Positions 38,779 to 47,269 of a DNA stretch of 64,000 nt are shown here, in pieces (the stretch's first letter is position 1; the number at the start of each line of letters is the position of its first letter). The DNA is from Candidatus Fermentithermobacillaceae bacterium (GTDB lineage: Bacteria; Bacillota; Sulfobacillia; Fermentithermobacillales; DUSS01). The notes under the pieces are model-generated. The model did no database searches. It saw nothing but the letters and a program-made list of their open reading frames with translations, and had not been told where the DNA came from. A program made the position numbers and the translations under genes. Location: contig DYEQ01000076.1 of NCBI GenBank assembly GCA_020725645.1, forward strand, positions 7,206 through 71,205, written 5' to 3'.

Positions 38779-39220
38779 GTGCAAAACTGGTTGGCACTAA
38801 GGAATGAAAATCTCCGGGTAGTGCAAACCATGTTGGCACCGAGTGGCCCGACAAGTGCCGCAGTGCAAAGTTGGTTCGCACTGAAGGCTCAAAACCTCCG
38901 GGCAGTGCAAACCACGTTCGCACTATGAGGCCCGACAGGCGCCCCAGTGCAAGCCTCGTTGGCACTGAGGAGTGAAAACCTCCGGCCTGTGCAAACTACG
39001 TTGGCACTACGCGGTCCGACACACCCCCAGTGCAAACCTGGTTGGCACTAAGGAGCTAAAACCCCCGCACAGTGGAAACCACGTTGGCACTATGAGACCC
39101 GACAAACGCTCCAGTGCAAACCTGGTTGGCACTAAGGGCTGAAAACCTGTCCGCAGTGCAAACTACGTTGGCACCGAGTATTTCCAAAGACGCGCCAATG
39201 CAAACCGGAGTTACGGGCAC
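38779..39220. repeat. Phased array of 10 (plus one degenerate) imperfectly palindromic 19-bp cores, GTGCAAAC-NNN-GTTGGCAC, on an exact 42-bp period, organised as 5 x 84-bp units with two alternating spacer classes
   Basis: Core starts are at 38779, 38821, 38863, 38905, 38947, 38989, 39030, 39072, 39114, 39156 and a degenerate one at 39198. Spacings are 42 bp, with one of 41. Spacer class A is ~TAAGGAnTGAAAAyCTCCGGGyA and class B is ~yGAGnGGCCCGACAnnnGCnCCA. Confidence 0.9.
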
Positions 39221-39342
39221 GGCCAAAAAAGGACGCGGGGTAGCAAATCGCCACCCCTAATCCTCTGAACAACTCTGGTTCCTGACCTTCTTCCCCGACT
39301 AACGACTTCTTGTGGAATGGGTACAGTTAACCTTACACCATG

Positions 39343-39585
39343 CTACCTCGCCTGAGGTCCGGGAGCCGCTGGGAATCTGCCACTGGCGAGGCTCTGCTCG
39401 GCCAGCTCGATCATACGCCGCACCATGTGACCGCCAACCGCTCCGCAGGTCCGCGACGGGATGTCGCCCCAGTATCCGCCCGGAGGCTGAATCCCGAGCT
39501 CGTTGGCCACTTCATTTCTGAACGCGTCGAGCGCCTGACGAGCTTGCGGTACAACTGCGATGTTTCTCTTCTGACCGGTTCCCAC
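39343..39585 (-). CDS. ssp: small acid-soluble spore protein, alpha/beta type
   Basis: RNIAVVPQARQALDAFRNEVANELGIQPPGGYWGDIPSRTCGAVGGHMVRRMIELAEQSL matches the alpha/beta-SASP signature. The start is GTG at 39585, with RBS AAAGGGAGGTGA. Confidence 0.85.
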   Translation of the reverse strand: MGTGQKRNIAVVPQARQALDAFRNEVANELGIQPPGGYWGDIPSRTCGAVGGHMVRRMIELAEQSLASGRFPAAPGPQAR

Positions 39586-39631
39586 TGCTGCTCACCTCCC
39601 TTTTGCTCGTTCTTGCGTTACTTATTATGTT

Positions 39632-39660
39632 CACTTTTATTGGGCGCATACTGGAAGTTG
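39632..39660 (-). promoter_or_regulatory. Forespore sigma-G/sigma-F-type promoter for ssp (GTATG-N17-CATAATA)
   Basis: On the minus strand, the -35 GTATG (39660-39656) and the -10 CATAATA (39638-39632) are separated by a 17-nt spacer. This fits the GHATR-N17/18-CATNNTA consensus, about 45 nt upstream of the GTG start. Confidence 0.4.
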
Positions 39661-40186
39661 GTAGGCACTGAGCCATTATTATGTTAACGATGATTAAATT
39701 TGAATTTTCGTAAACCCTCCCCGTCTTCGGCCCTTCGAAAAGCAGAAGTCAGTGCTCTCGCTGTGGAAACGTCGAGATTAAAGACATGATATCGGGACAC
39801 TTCGTGGCAAGGTAAACATAGAAGTCGAGGCCAGTCTCTGTTCGCAGAAGCGTGCGGCTGACCTCACCAAACCTCAAATGGTCCAGGCCATTAGAAAACT
39901 GGCGGCCCAAAGAATTACCACCGAGGTGGAACAATCCTTGAAGGCAATGCAAGAAGACCCTTGCGATCCTTCGGATTTGCCGACGCTCTGCAGAGAAATG
40001 ATCTCAAAGTCTCGCGGGAAGTTAAGAACCAGCGGGATGAGGTCATCAAAAACATGCCTGTAGAGGTTCGGGTCGGGTTGAGACCGGCGCGCCCGCTCGG
40101 CCACCATTCACCTCATCAACCAGTGTCTCTCCAAGAAACGGTCGACGGGGCCGGCTGACGCCACCGGTGTAGCGCGATTCACCTCA

Positions 40187-42322
40187 TCACCGGGACCTGC
40201 CCGCCAGCACCACGTGCCCGTACTTCCTTTTCACCTCAGCTAGGAGGCCGGATATCTCGCTGCCGCCTTCGGACAGTTTGCCCACCAGCGCCTCCGCCTC
40301 CTCCCGCGCTCTCGCGATCAGCTCCACGTCTATCCCCAGGTCGGCGATGTTGATGTCGGGGAGACCGTGCTGCCTGGTACCGAAGAATTGCCCCGGGCCC
40401 CTCTCCGCGAGGTCTAGTTCAGCCAGTTTCAGGCCGTCGTAAGTGGTGCACATGACGCTTAGCCTTTCATACGCCCGTTTCGAACGGGGGGAGGCCACGA
40501 GAAAGCATATGGACTCTTCGGCGCCGCGACCTACCCTCCCCCGCAGCTGGTGGAGGGTGGCAAGTCCGAAGGAGTCGGCGTCCTCGATCACCATGACCGT
40601 GGCGTTGGGGACATCCACCCCCACTTCGATGACGGTTGTGGACACCAGGACCTCGATCTTGCCGGCGACGAAATCTTCCATCACGCTTTCTTTTTCGCGG
40701 GACGATACGCCCCCGTGAACGAGACCTACCGAGAGACCACGAAGATAGCCCTTCCTCAGCTCTTCCCGGGTCTTCACGGCCGAAACCCGCCCCGATTCCC
40801 CTTCCTCGATGACGGGACAGACCACGTAAGCTTGCTCTCCCCGGCCCACCCGCCGCCTGACCTCGTCGTAGGCGTGCCGTCGTTCGGACGGGTGGAGCGC
40901 TACGGTCTTCACTCTTTTGCGACCCGGGGGAAGCTCGTCGATTATGGAAATGTCCAGGTCACCATAGAGGGTCAGTGCAAGAGATCTCGGTATCGGCGTG
41001 GCACTCATCACGAGAACGTGGGGGACCAATCGATTGCCCTGACCACCAGACTGGCCGCCGCTCCGACCGCCACCCTGACCATGATTACCCTGACCGAGCT
41101 GAGCTTTTTCCTGAATGGAGATCCTTTGCCGGACCCCGAACCGGTGCTGTTCGTCGGTCACGACGAGACCGAGGTTCTTCCAACGGACGCCTGGTTCCAA
41201 AAGAGCGTGAGTCCCCAGCAGGATGTTCACCTCACCTCTCTCCAAGCGGCCCAAGATATCGCAACGCTCCTTGGGCTTTGTGCTCCCCGTCAGGATTTCC
41301 ACCGTCGCCATGCTATCCAGAAGTCTCTTTAGGTTCCTGTAGTGCTGCTGAGCCAAAACCTCGGTGGGAACAAGAAACGCCCCCTGGAAGCCGTTTTCAG
41401 CCGCGGCCATGAGGCAATATGCCGCTACCACCGTCTTCCCGCTGCCCACATCCCCCTGGAGGAGCCTGTTCATGGCCCTTCCCCCCGAGAGGTCCCTGGA
41501 TATCTCCCCTATCACCCGTTCTTGAGCTTTCGTTAGGGAGAAAGGGAGTCTCGAAAGAAACTCTTGTGCCCGGGTGAACGCGCCGAATCGCGGCCCCCCA
41601 CCATCCTCTTTAAGGCCCTGTCTCATCAGGAGGAGAGCTAACTGGAATAGCAATATTTCGCGAAAAGCCAGCGTCCTGCGGGCTGCCTGCCAGGCTTCGA
41701 CGCTCTCGGGAAAGTGGATCTGGCACAAGGCGTCCGGTTCCGGCATGAGGTTATACCTATTCCTGATTTCCTCGGGCAGGACACCTTTGATGAGAGGACC
41801 GTATTTCTCTAGCGCGGTCTTGACCACTTGGCGCACCGCCGACGACGTCAAGCCCTGCGTAAGGTGGTAAACGGGAAGAACCGGTCCTTTTCGGATGCCA
41901 AGGGCTTTGTCGGGAACGATTTGCCACACCGGGTGGGCGATTTCGACGGATCCCCTGCGCCACGCCGCCTTCCCTGACGCCATTACCACGCTGCCCCGCT
42001 TAAAGGAGGAAGCTACGTAGGGCATATGGTAAAAGATCAGGTACAGCGCACCGGTACCGTCTGAAATCTCCACACGGACCGCAGGCCCCCGCATGCTATG
42101 GATTCTGGACACCCCGAGAACTCGACCGGAGACGGTGACGTCTTCGCCGGGTACCACTTCCTGGATGGGCCTCAGTTTCGAGTAGTCGTCGACCCGAAAG
42201 GGATAGTGTTCCAGGAGGTCCCTTACGGTGTGAACGGATAAAGCTGCGAAACGCTGAGCTCTAGCGGGACCCACGCCTTTGAGGTAACGGATCTCGTCAT
42301 CCAGGGTCATACCGGATTTCAT
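40187..42322 (-). CDS. recG: ATP-dependent DNA helicase RecG
   Basis: 711-aa ORF with a wedge/OB N-domain and helicase motifs (LLQGDVGSGKTVVA, VVTDEQHRFGV, VLVMSATPIPRSL, HQLRGRVGRG). A Gly/Gln-rich insertion lies between motifs II and III. Confidence 0.95.
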   Translation of the reverse strand: MKSGMTLDDEIRYLKGVGPARAQRFAALSVHTVRDLLEHYPFRVDDYSKLRPIQEVVPGEDVTVSGRVLGVSRIHSMRGPAVRVEISDGTGALYLIFYHMPYVASSFKRGSVVMASGKAAWRRGSVEIAHPVWQIVPDKALGIRKGPVLPVYHLTQGLTSSAVRQVVKTALEKYGPLIKGVLPEEIRNRYNLMPEPDALCQIHFPESVEAWQAARRTLAFREILLFQLALLLMRQGLKEDGGGPRFGAFTRAQEFLSRLPFSLTKAQERVIGEISRDLSGGRAMNRLLQGDVGSGKTVVAAYCLMAAAENGFQGAFLVPTEVLAQQHYRNLKRLLDSMATVEILTGSTKPKERCDILGRLERGEVNILLGTHALLEPGVRWKNLGLVVTDEQHRFGVRQRISIQEKAQLGQGNHGQGGGRSGGQSGGQGNRLVPHVLVMSATPIPRSLALTLYGDLDISIIDELPPGRKRVKTVALHPSERRHAYDEVRRRVGRGEQAYVVCPVIEEGESGRVSAVKTREELRKGYLRGLSVGLVHGGVSSREKESVMEDFVAGKIEVLVSTTVIEVGVDVPNATVMVIEDADSFGLATLHQLRGRVGRGAEESICFLVASPRSKRAYERLSVMCTTYDGLKLAELDLAERGPGQFFGTRQHGLPDINIADLGIDVELIARAREEAEALVGKLSEGGSEISGLLAEVKRKYGHVVLAGRSR

Positions 42323-44193
42323 TCCAGCGACACGATGTAGTAGTAAAGCGGCTGGTCGCCTCTATATACTTCGATTTCCAGGTCGGCGAACCTTTTCGAA
42401 AGCTCTTCTTCGATAGCTTTTTCGGTTTCGGGAGAAATATCCTCTCCGCAGTAAACTGTGAGGACTTCGTATCCAGGCGCTTTCATCTTCGAGATGATCC
42501 GGTAAAGGACCTCTTCCGGGCTTTGACCTACCATTTCCACCTTGCCGTCGCAGAGCCCTATCACATCACCCTGTTTGAAAACATGGCGCCCGAACCTTCC
42601 GTTTCTCGCGGCGAAAGTAACCTCCCCCGTCTTCACCCGGCGCACTGCCTTCGAGGCCCGCTTCAGGTTTTCCGTCATGCTGCTCTCGACGTTCAGGGCC
42701 ATCAGAGCGGATATACCCTGAGGTACCGTCTTGGATGGTACGACGTATATCCGCCGGCCCGTGAGTTTTTTGGCCTGTTTTGCGGATAGAAAGATATTCG
42801 CATTGTTCGGAAGGAATATAACCTTCTTGGCGCTGACCTGGTCAACTGCCTTCGCTAAGTCCGCGGTGGACGGGTTCATCGTAGCTCCTCCGTCTATCAC
42901 AAGGTCCGCGCCGAGACTCGACATTATCTCCTGCAGGCCTTTCCCCGAAGCCACGGCGATTATGCCCGTCTCCTTTAACTGCTCGTTACCATTAGCAGTG
43001 GGTACCGTTCCAGCTTCAAGCCCGGCACCGGTGGATTTCGCGTCTGTATCCTGAACCCCACCGTCCGCTTTATGCCCTTCTTGAGCTTCGGTGACCGCCT
43101 GCCCGCCTGAAGCTAATCTGTCCCGAGTCGGTGCTTCAAAACCGGACCCGTTCGATACTGTCTCGAACCGCTCACCCGGCTCATCCTGCCGCCGTTCTTG
43201 GTCCGACCTGCCGTCTCTCAAAAGCTCCATGCTCTGCTCGATCATATTATCGATGACGACTTGAGACAGCATCCCGTATTTCAGGCAGAGGGTGAGCACT
43301 TCCCCGGGTTTAGACGTATGAATGTGGACTCTCAAAAGCTCGCTCGAGCCGACAACCAGCAAGGAATCCCCGTATTCCTGGAGCTTGTCCCGTATCTCCT
43401 GCCCTGGAAGGTCTTTACCTGAGATGAGGAACTGCGTATCATAGGGAAACCTGATGTCGAACACTTCTTTTTCGGTGAGCTCAAAGGCCCTTGATTTCTT
43501 ATGAGACGCCGCCCTGCCATCCGCTTCCCTTGCGGCGACATCGAAAGCGGTCAAAGCACCCTCTGTTATGATGCAAAGACCTTTTCCACCGGCATCCACC
43601 ACTCCAGCCTGCTTCAACACCGGCAACATATCGGGAGTCCTTTCGAGAGCCTCTTGGGCACCAGAAAGGAACGCCTGCAGCACCTCCCGGATATCGCTTG
43701 CGCGCCCGGACCGTTCAATAGCTTTCGCGGTCCCTTCCCTCAGCACCGTGAGCATCGTCCCCTCGACGGGCTTCACCACCGCTTTATATGCAGTCGCCAC
43801 GGCTTCTTTTAGCGCGACAACCACCTCGGCGGCCGTAGCGCTGTCCGCCGCCTTCAGAGCGCTGGATATCCCCCTCATGATTTGCGAGAGAATCACACCC
43901 GAGTTTCCTCTCGCACCCATGAGGCATTCGAAAGCGCATATCTCCGTGACCTCGGAAAGGGGTACATCCGGGTCCTGAATGGTTCTCAACTTCAAGGCAG
44001 CCCTGGATAAGGTGAGGAACATGTTAGTACCCGTATCACCGTCGGGTACCGGGAAGACATTCAAGGAATCAACTTCGCTCTTTCTGGATTCGAGATAATC
44101 CGAAGCCCGAAGGATCATCTCTTTAAAGAGCCAGCCTGTCAGCTTATCCACCATGACGCGTTCATTCTCTCTGTATGCGTATGCCTTCGACAT
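42319..44193 (-). CDS. yloV: DAK2-domain fusion protein YloV (fatty acid kinase FakA-like)
   Basis: A DhaL/DAK2 N-terminus (NVFPVPDGDTGTNMFLTL) is joined by a long linker to a C-terminal DegV-like module. It is in the conserved position between recG and the Asp23 gene. Confidence 0.75.
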   Translation of the reverse strand: MSKAYAYRENERVMVDKLTGWLFKEMILRASDYLESRKSEVDSLNVFPVPDGDTGTNMFLTLSRAALKLRTIQDPDVPLSEVTEICAFECLMGARGNSGVILSQIMRGISSALKAADSATAAEVVVALKEAVATAYKAVVKPVEGTMLTVLREGTAKAIERSGRASDIREVLQAFLSGAQEALERTPDMLPVLKQAGVVDAGGKGLCIITEGALTAFDVAAREADGRAASHKKSRAFELTEKEVFDIRFPYDTQFLISGKDLPGQEIRDKLQEYGDSLLVVGSSELLRVHIHTSKPGEVLTLCLKYGMLSQVVIDNMIEQSMELLRDGRSDQERRQDEPGERFETVSNGSGFEAPTRDRLASGGQAVTEAQEGHKADGGVQDTDAKSTGAGLEAGTVPTANGNEQLKETGIIAVASGKGLQEIMSSLGADLVIDGGATMNPSTADLAKAVDQVSAKKVIFLPNNANIFLSAKQAKKLTGRRIYVVPSKTVPQGISALMALNVESSMTENLKRASKAVRRVKTGEVTFAARNGRFGRHVFKQGDVIGLCDGKVEMVGQSPEEVLYRIISKMKAPGYEVLTVYCGEDISPETEKAIEEELSKRFADLEIEVYRGDQPLYYYIVSLE

Positions 44194-44533
44194 TGACCTT
44201 TACGTTCGCCACCTTTAGCCCGGTTACCTGCTCCACCGTGTATCGTACTTTCTCCACCACCATCCGGGCAACTTCAGAAATCCGGACGCCGTAACCAACT
44301 ATTATGTAAAGCGTGATGAAGACGTGATCCCCTTCGATGGATACCTCCACCCCACGGGAAAGATTCTCTCTGCCCAGGAGCTCAGCTATGCCGTCCGTCA
44401 TCTTGCGACCGGCCATGCCCACAACACCGTAACACTCGATGGCTGCAGCCCCCGCCACCGTAGCTATAGCTTCCTCCGATAGCACAAGCTTGCCCAGAGG
44501 AGTCTCGACGACTTTGCCGGTTATCGGCGACAA
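44162..44533 (-). CDS. Asp23/Gls24-family alkaline shock protein (YloU)
   Basis: 123-aa ORF, LSEEAIATVAGAAAIECYGVVGM...VNVEGIRI, typical of the Asp23 family. Confidence 0.8.
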   Translation of the reverse strand: MSPITGKVVETPLGKLVLSEEAIATVAGAAAIECYGVVGMAGRKMTDGIAELLGRENLSRGVEVSIEGDHVFITLYIIVGYGVRISEVARMVVEKVRYTVEQVTGLKVANVKVNVEGIRIQRE

Positions 44534-44852
44534 AGAGAATACCTCCCGAAGTTACTTTTCTTGTGACGGAGGGCGTTTTCCTCCATCCCGTCCTTCTCAA
44601 TTGATAATATTATGTTTGTACCCTAGGATAACAAAGAAGGAAGGCCCTTCCCTTACGAATACGGAAGGAAGATGCCGAAGGCCACCAACCGTTGAGGGCC
44701 TGCCGGGAGTAGGCCGGGTAGCTGACAAGACAGTGGAGGTAAGTGTATCGTACCGCACAAGCCAGCATACTCGCCGATAACACGGATCAGTTGCGTGGCG
44801 TCGCCGCGATAGGTTAGAATTGAGAGGTTCCATCGAGGAGGAGGTAAGTACC

Positions 44853-45050
44853 GTGGCCAGAACGTGCGAGATTTGCGGCAAGAGACCTTCCGTCGGTCAC
44901 AAAGTGAGTCACTCCAACATCAAGACCAAAAGAAGGTGGCTACCCAACGTCCAGAGGGTTCGCGCCATCGTGGACGGGAGACCCATGAGAATATACGTAT
45001 GCAGCAGCTGCCTGCGTTCAGGCAAGGTCAAGCGGGCGATTGGTTCGTAA
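44853..45050 (+). CDS. rpmB: 50S ribosomal protein L28
   Basis: The start is GTG 44853, with [72 protein letters not shown] is canonical L28. Confidence 0.85.
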   Translation: MARTCEICGKRPSVGHKVSHSNIKTKRRWLPNVQRVRAIVDGRPMRIYVCSSCLRSGKVKRAIGS

Positions 45051-45104
45051 ACGCTTTCGTACTAGACTCGCTGCCGGTTCATAGCGAGTTCTCGAAAAGG
45101 CTCC

Positions 45105-45135
45105 GGTCCCGGGATGTCCCGGGACCTTTCGTTTT
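45105..45135 (+). terminator. rho-independent terminator after rpmB
   Basis: The GGTCCCGGG-ATGT-CCCGGGACC hairpin is followed by TTTCGTTTT. Confidence 0.6.
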
Positions 45136-45274
45136 ACACCTTCTGCCCGAACAGCCCAAGGATGGCCCTTACGACGGGCCTCAGAATCCTCGGTACTTTT
45201 ATGACCTTGACTTTCACGCCTCACCGGGGAGCTTCCCCCAGGGGGAAACACCCCGCTCCCCCTCCTTTCGCTCT

Positions 45275-45445
45275 TCAAAACAGGTCTTTGCCCAGGTAGT
45301 ACGCTCCTCCCAGCAAGCCCAGACCAATGAGCACAAGCCACACCCTCCACGGAATGGCGAAAATGAGAATACCAAGCCCCACACCGCCCAATATCAGCGG
45401 CAAGATGGAATTCTGGTTGAAGCCTCGAATCCGCATTCGCTTCAT
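45275..45445 (-). CDS. candidate small two-TM membrane protein downstream of rpe
   Basis: MKRMRIRGFNQNSILPLILGGVGLGILIFAIPWRVWLVLIGLGLLGGAYYLGKDLF has two clear hydrophobic helices. I found no family match, so coding status is uncertain. Confidence 0.3.
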   Translation of the reverse strand: MKRMRIRGFNQNSILPLILGGVGLGILIFAIPWRVWLVLIGLGLLGGAYYLGKDLF

Positions 45446-45512
45446 GCTTCCACACGCTCCGGGAGGATGGTCTGCCCCGATCAGCATATTCCGGAGGGAA
45501 GATGTGGGTTCT

Positions 45513-46205
45513 TCAGCGTCCCCGGGAACACATCTTCAGCGAACACACCGCTGCCCCGGGATCACTTGCGGAGAACACGTAGCTCCCGGCCACGAGAATG
45601 GTTGCACCTTTCGCCACCACCTCTCCAGCTGTGGCGGCATCGATCCCGCCGTCGACCTCGATCTCGCATTGGACGCCGGCCCTGTCTATCATTTCTCTCA
45701 CGACTTCTATCTTCTTGAGCATGGCCGGGATGAATGCCTGGCCACCGAAGCCCGGATTGACCGTCATTATCAGTACCATGTCGATCTCGTCCAGCACATA
45801 AGGAAGGAAATCCGGGGACGTGGACGGGTTCAATGCGACGGCACTCCGGACCCCCAATTCTCTGATAGACCGGAGGGTCCGGGATAGATGAGGGGTTACT
45901 TCCTGGTGAACCGTGATGTACCTCGCACCAGCTTCCGCGAAAGCTGGTACGGCCCAATCCAGGCACGCGGCGCTCACCATCAAGTGAACGTCCAGGGGGA
46001 GTAGGTTCATTGAAGACAGCGCCTTGGCTGCCGCAGGCCCGAACGTCAGGTTAGGGACAAAGTTCCCGTCCATTATGTCCAGGTGTAACATGTCCGCCCC
46101 TGCCGAAGCTACTTGCCGCACCTGGGACTCGAGTTTAAGGGGATGAGCTGACAGCACCGAAGGAGCTACTTTAACCTTTTGCCTATCATGGATATCTTCC
46201 GCCAA
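45513..46205 (-). CDS. rpe: ribulose-phosphate 3-epimerase
   Basis: The blocks VAPSVLSAHPLKL, HLDIMDGNFVPNLTFG, LDVHLMV and MTVNPGFGGQAFI are conserved Rpe sequence. The likely start is TTG 46205 (AGGAG 6 nt upstream); the track ORF carries 58 extra N-terminal codons. Confidence 0.85.
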   Translation of the reverse strand: MAEDIHDRQKVKVAPSVLSAHPLKLESQVRQVASAGADMLHLDIMDGNFVPNLTFGPAAAKALSSMNLLPLDVHLMVSAACLDWAVPAFAEAGARYITVHQEVTPHLSRTLRSIRELGVRSAVALNPSTSPDFLPYVLDEIDMVLIMTVNPGFGGQAFIPAMLKKIEVVREMIDRAGVQCEIEVDGGIDAATAGEVVAKGATILVAGSYVFSASDPGAAVCSLKMCSRGR

Positions 46206-46375
46206 TTTCTGCTCCTGGCTAGTAGAGCTGGCTGTTCTTATTAACAGCAGCTGGCCTCCCCGAGACCCAGGATTTCGCTCCTTTCGGACTGAACTTGCCC
46301 GCTCCCGATTCGGACACTGCGATGGGGGGCCCAGAGATCGCATAAAGCTCCACCGGACCCGGGAAGTCCGGCCCT

Positions 46376-47269
46376 TCATTCATACCGCCTTTTCCACGCT
46401 TCCAGACATTCCTCGAGTAACCGCAGATAGTTCTCGTACCGGAGCTCGGCTACCGTCCCCTCGGACACCGCCTCCTTTACGCGGCACCCTGGTTCGGTCT
46501 TGTGAAGACACCGGGGAAACCTGCAGAGAGGCGCGAGGTCCACCATCTCCCGGAACAGGTAGCTGAGTTTCTCCGGCTCGACGTTCACCAGATCCACCTT
46601 TTGAAAGCCGGGAGTATCAGCCAGGTACCCGTCACCTGCGACGGGCAAGAGCGAGACCCATTTGGTGGTATGCCTGCCCCGACCGATTTTGGATAGGTCT
46701 CCGACAGCTTGCCGGCTGCCGGTGAGCTTCGATATCAAAAGCGACTTTCCGACTCCGCTGGGACCGGCCAGCACGGTCACCTTCCCTCTGAGAAAGCTGG
46801 CTAACGTATCAAGTCCTTCACCGGTGACGGCGGAGGTAAACGCGGTTGGATAACCGGCGATTTTATATGCTTCGATGACTTTTCGGGCGACGTCCGCCGT
46901 AGCGTCGTAGTATAGGTCGGATTTGTTAATGCATACTACGCCGCTGATGCCTTCCCGCTCGAGGACGACGAGAAGTCTGTCGATGACAACCGGGTCCACC
47001 TCGGGCTCGACGACGGACAATACCACGATCACCTGGTCTACGTTGGCGAAGGGTGGCCGGGTGAGGGCGTTTTTCCTAGGGAGGACCCTCGATACGACCC
47101 ACGCGCCGGATCCCCCCTCGATTTCCACAATATCCCCTGCGAGGATTTTTTGGGAATCGTAGCGCAGCCGTCCGCGCCATCCACACCTGAATACATCCGC
47201 ACCCACTGAAACGAGGCAGCCGTCGGACCGGACGGACAGGACGCGTCCCTCGAGCTTCAGACACCTCAC
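46376..47269 (-). CDS. rsgA: ribosome small-subunit-dependent GTPase RsgA (CpgA)
   Basis: An OB-fold N-terminus, a permuted GTPase domain (VVCINKSDL...VLAGPSGVGKSLLISKL) and a C-terminal zinc motif (CRFPRCLHKTEPGC) are present. Confidence 0.85.
   Translation of the reverse strand: MRCLKLEGRVLSVRSDGCLVSVGADVFRCGWRGRLRYDSQKILAGDIVEIEGGSGAWVVSRVLPRKNALTRPPFANVDQVIVVLSVVEPEVDPVVIDRLLVVLEREGISGVVCINKSDLYYDATADVARKVIEAYKIAGYPTAFTSAVTGEGLDTLASFLRGKVTVLAGPSGVGKSLLISKLTGSRQAVGDLSKIGRGRHTTKWVSLLPVAGDGYLADTPGFQKVDLVNVEPEKLSYLFREMVDLAPLCRFPRCLHKTEPGCRVKEAVSEGTVAELRYENYLRLLEECLEAWKRRYE

Noticed and set aside
38606-38965. 119-aa minus-strand ORF with a repetitive peptide (WFALPGGF.PSVRTNFALRHLSGHSVPT...) across the array
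   Set aside because: The periodicity is just the DNA repeat (84 bp = 28 codons) read through. The ORF covers only part of the array, starts inside it, overlaps the gpr 3' end and has no recognisable features.
38790-39174. Sigma-54 promoter elements suggested by recurring TGGCAC
   Set aside because: The GG and GC elements are not at the required 10-bp spacing. TGGCAC is part of the palindromic core, with no TTGCW 4 bp downstream.
38779-39220. CRISPR array interpretation of the 42-bp periodic repeats
   Set aside because: The conserved core is only 19 bp. The 23-24 bp 'spacers' alternate between two conserved sequence families rather than being unique. No cas genes or leader are nearby.
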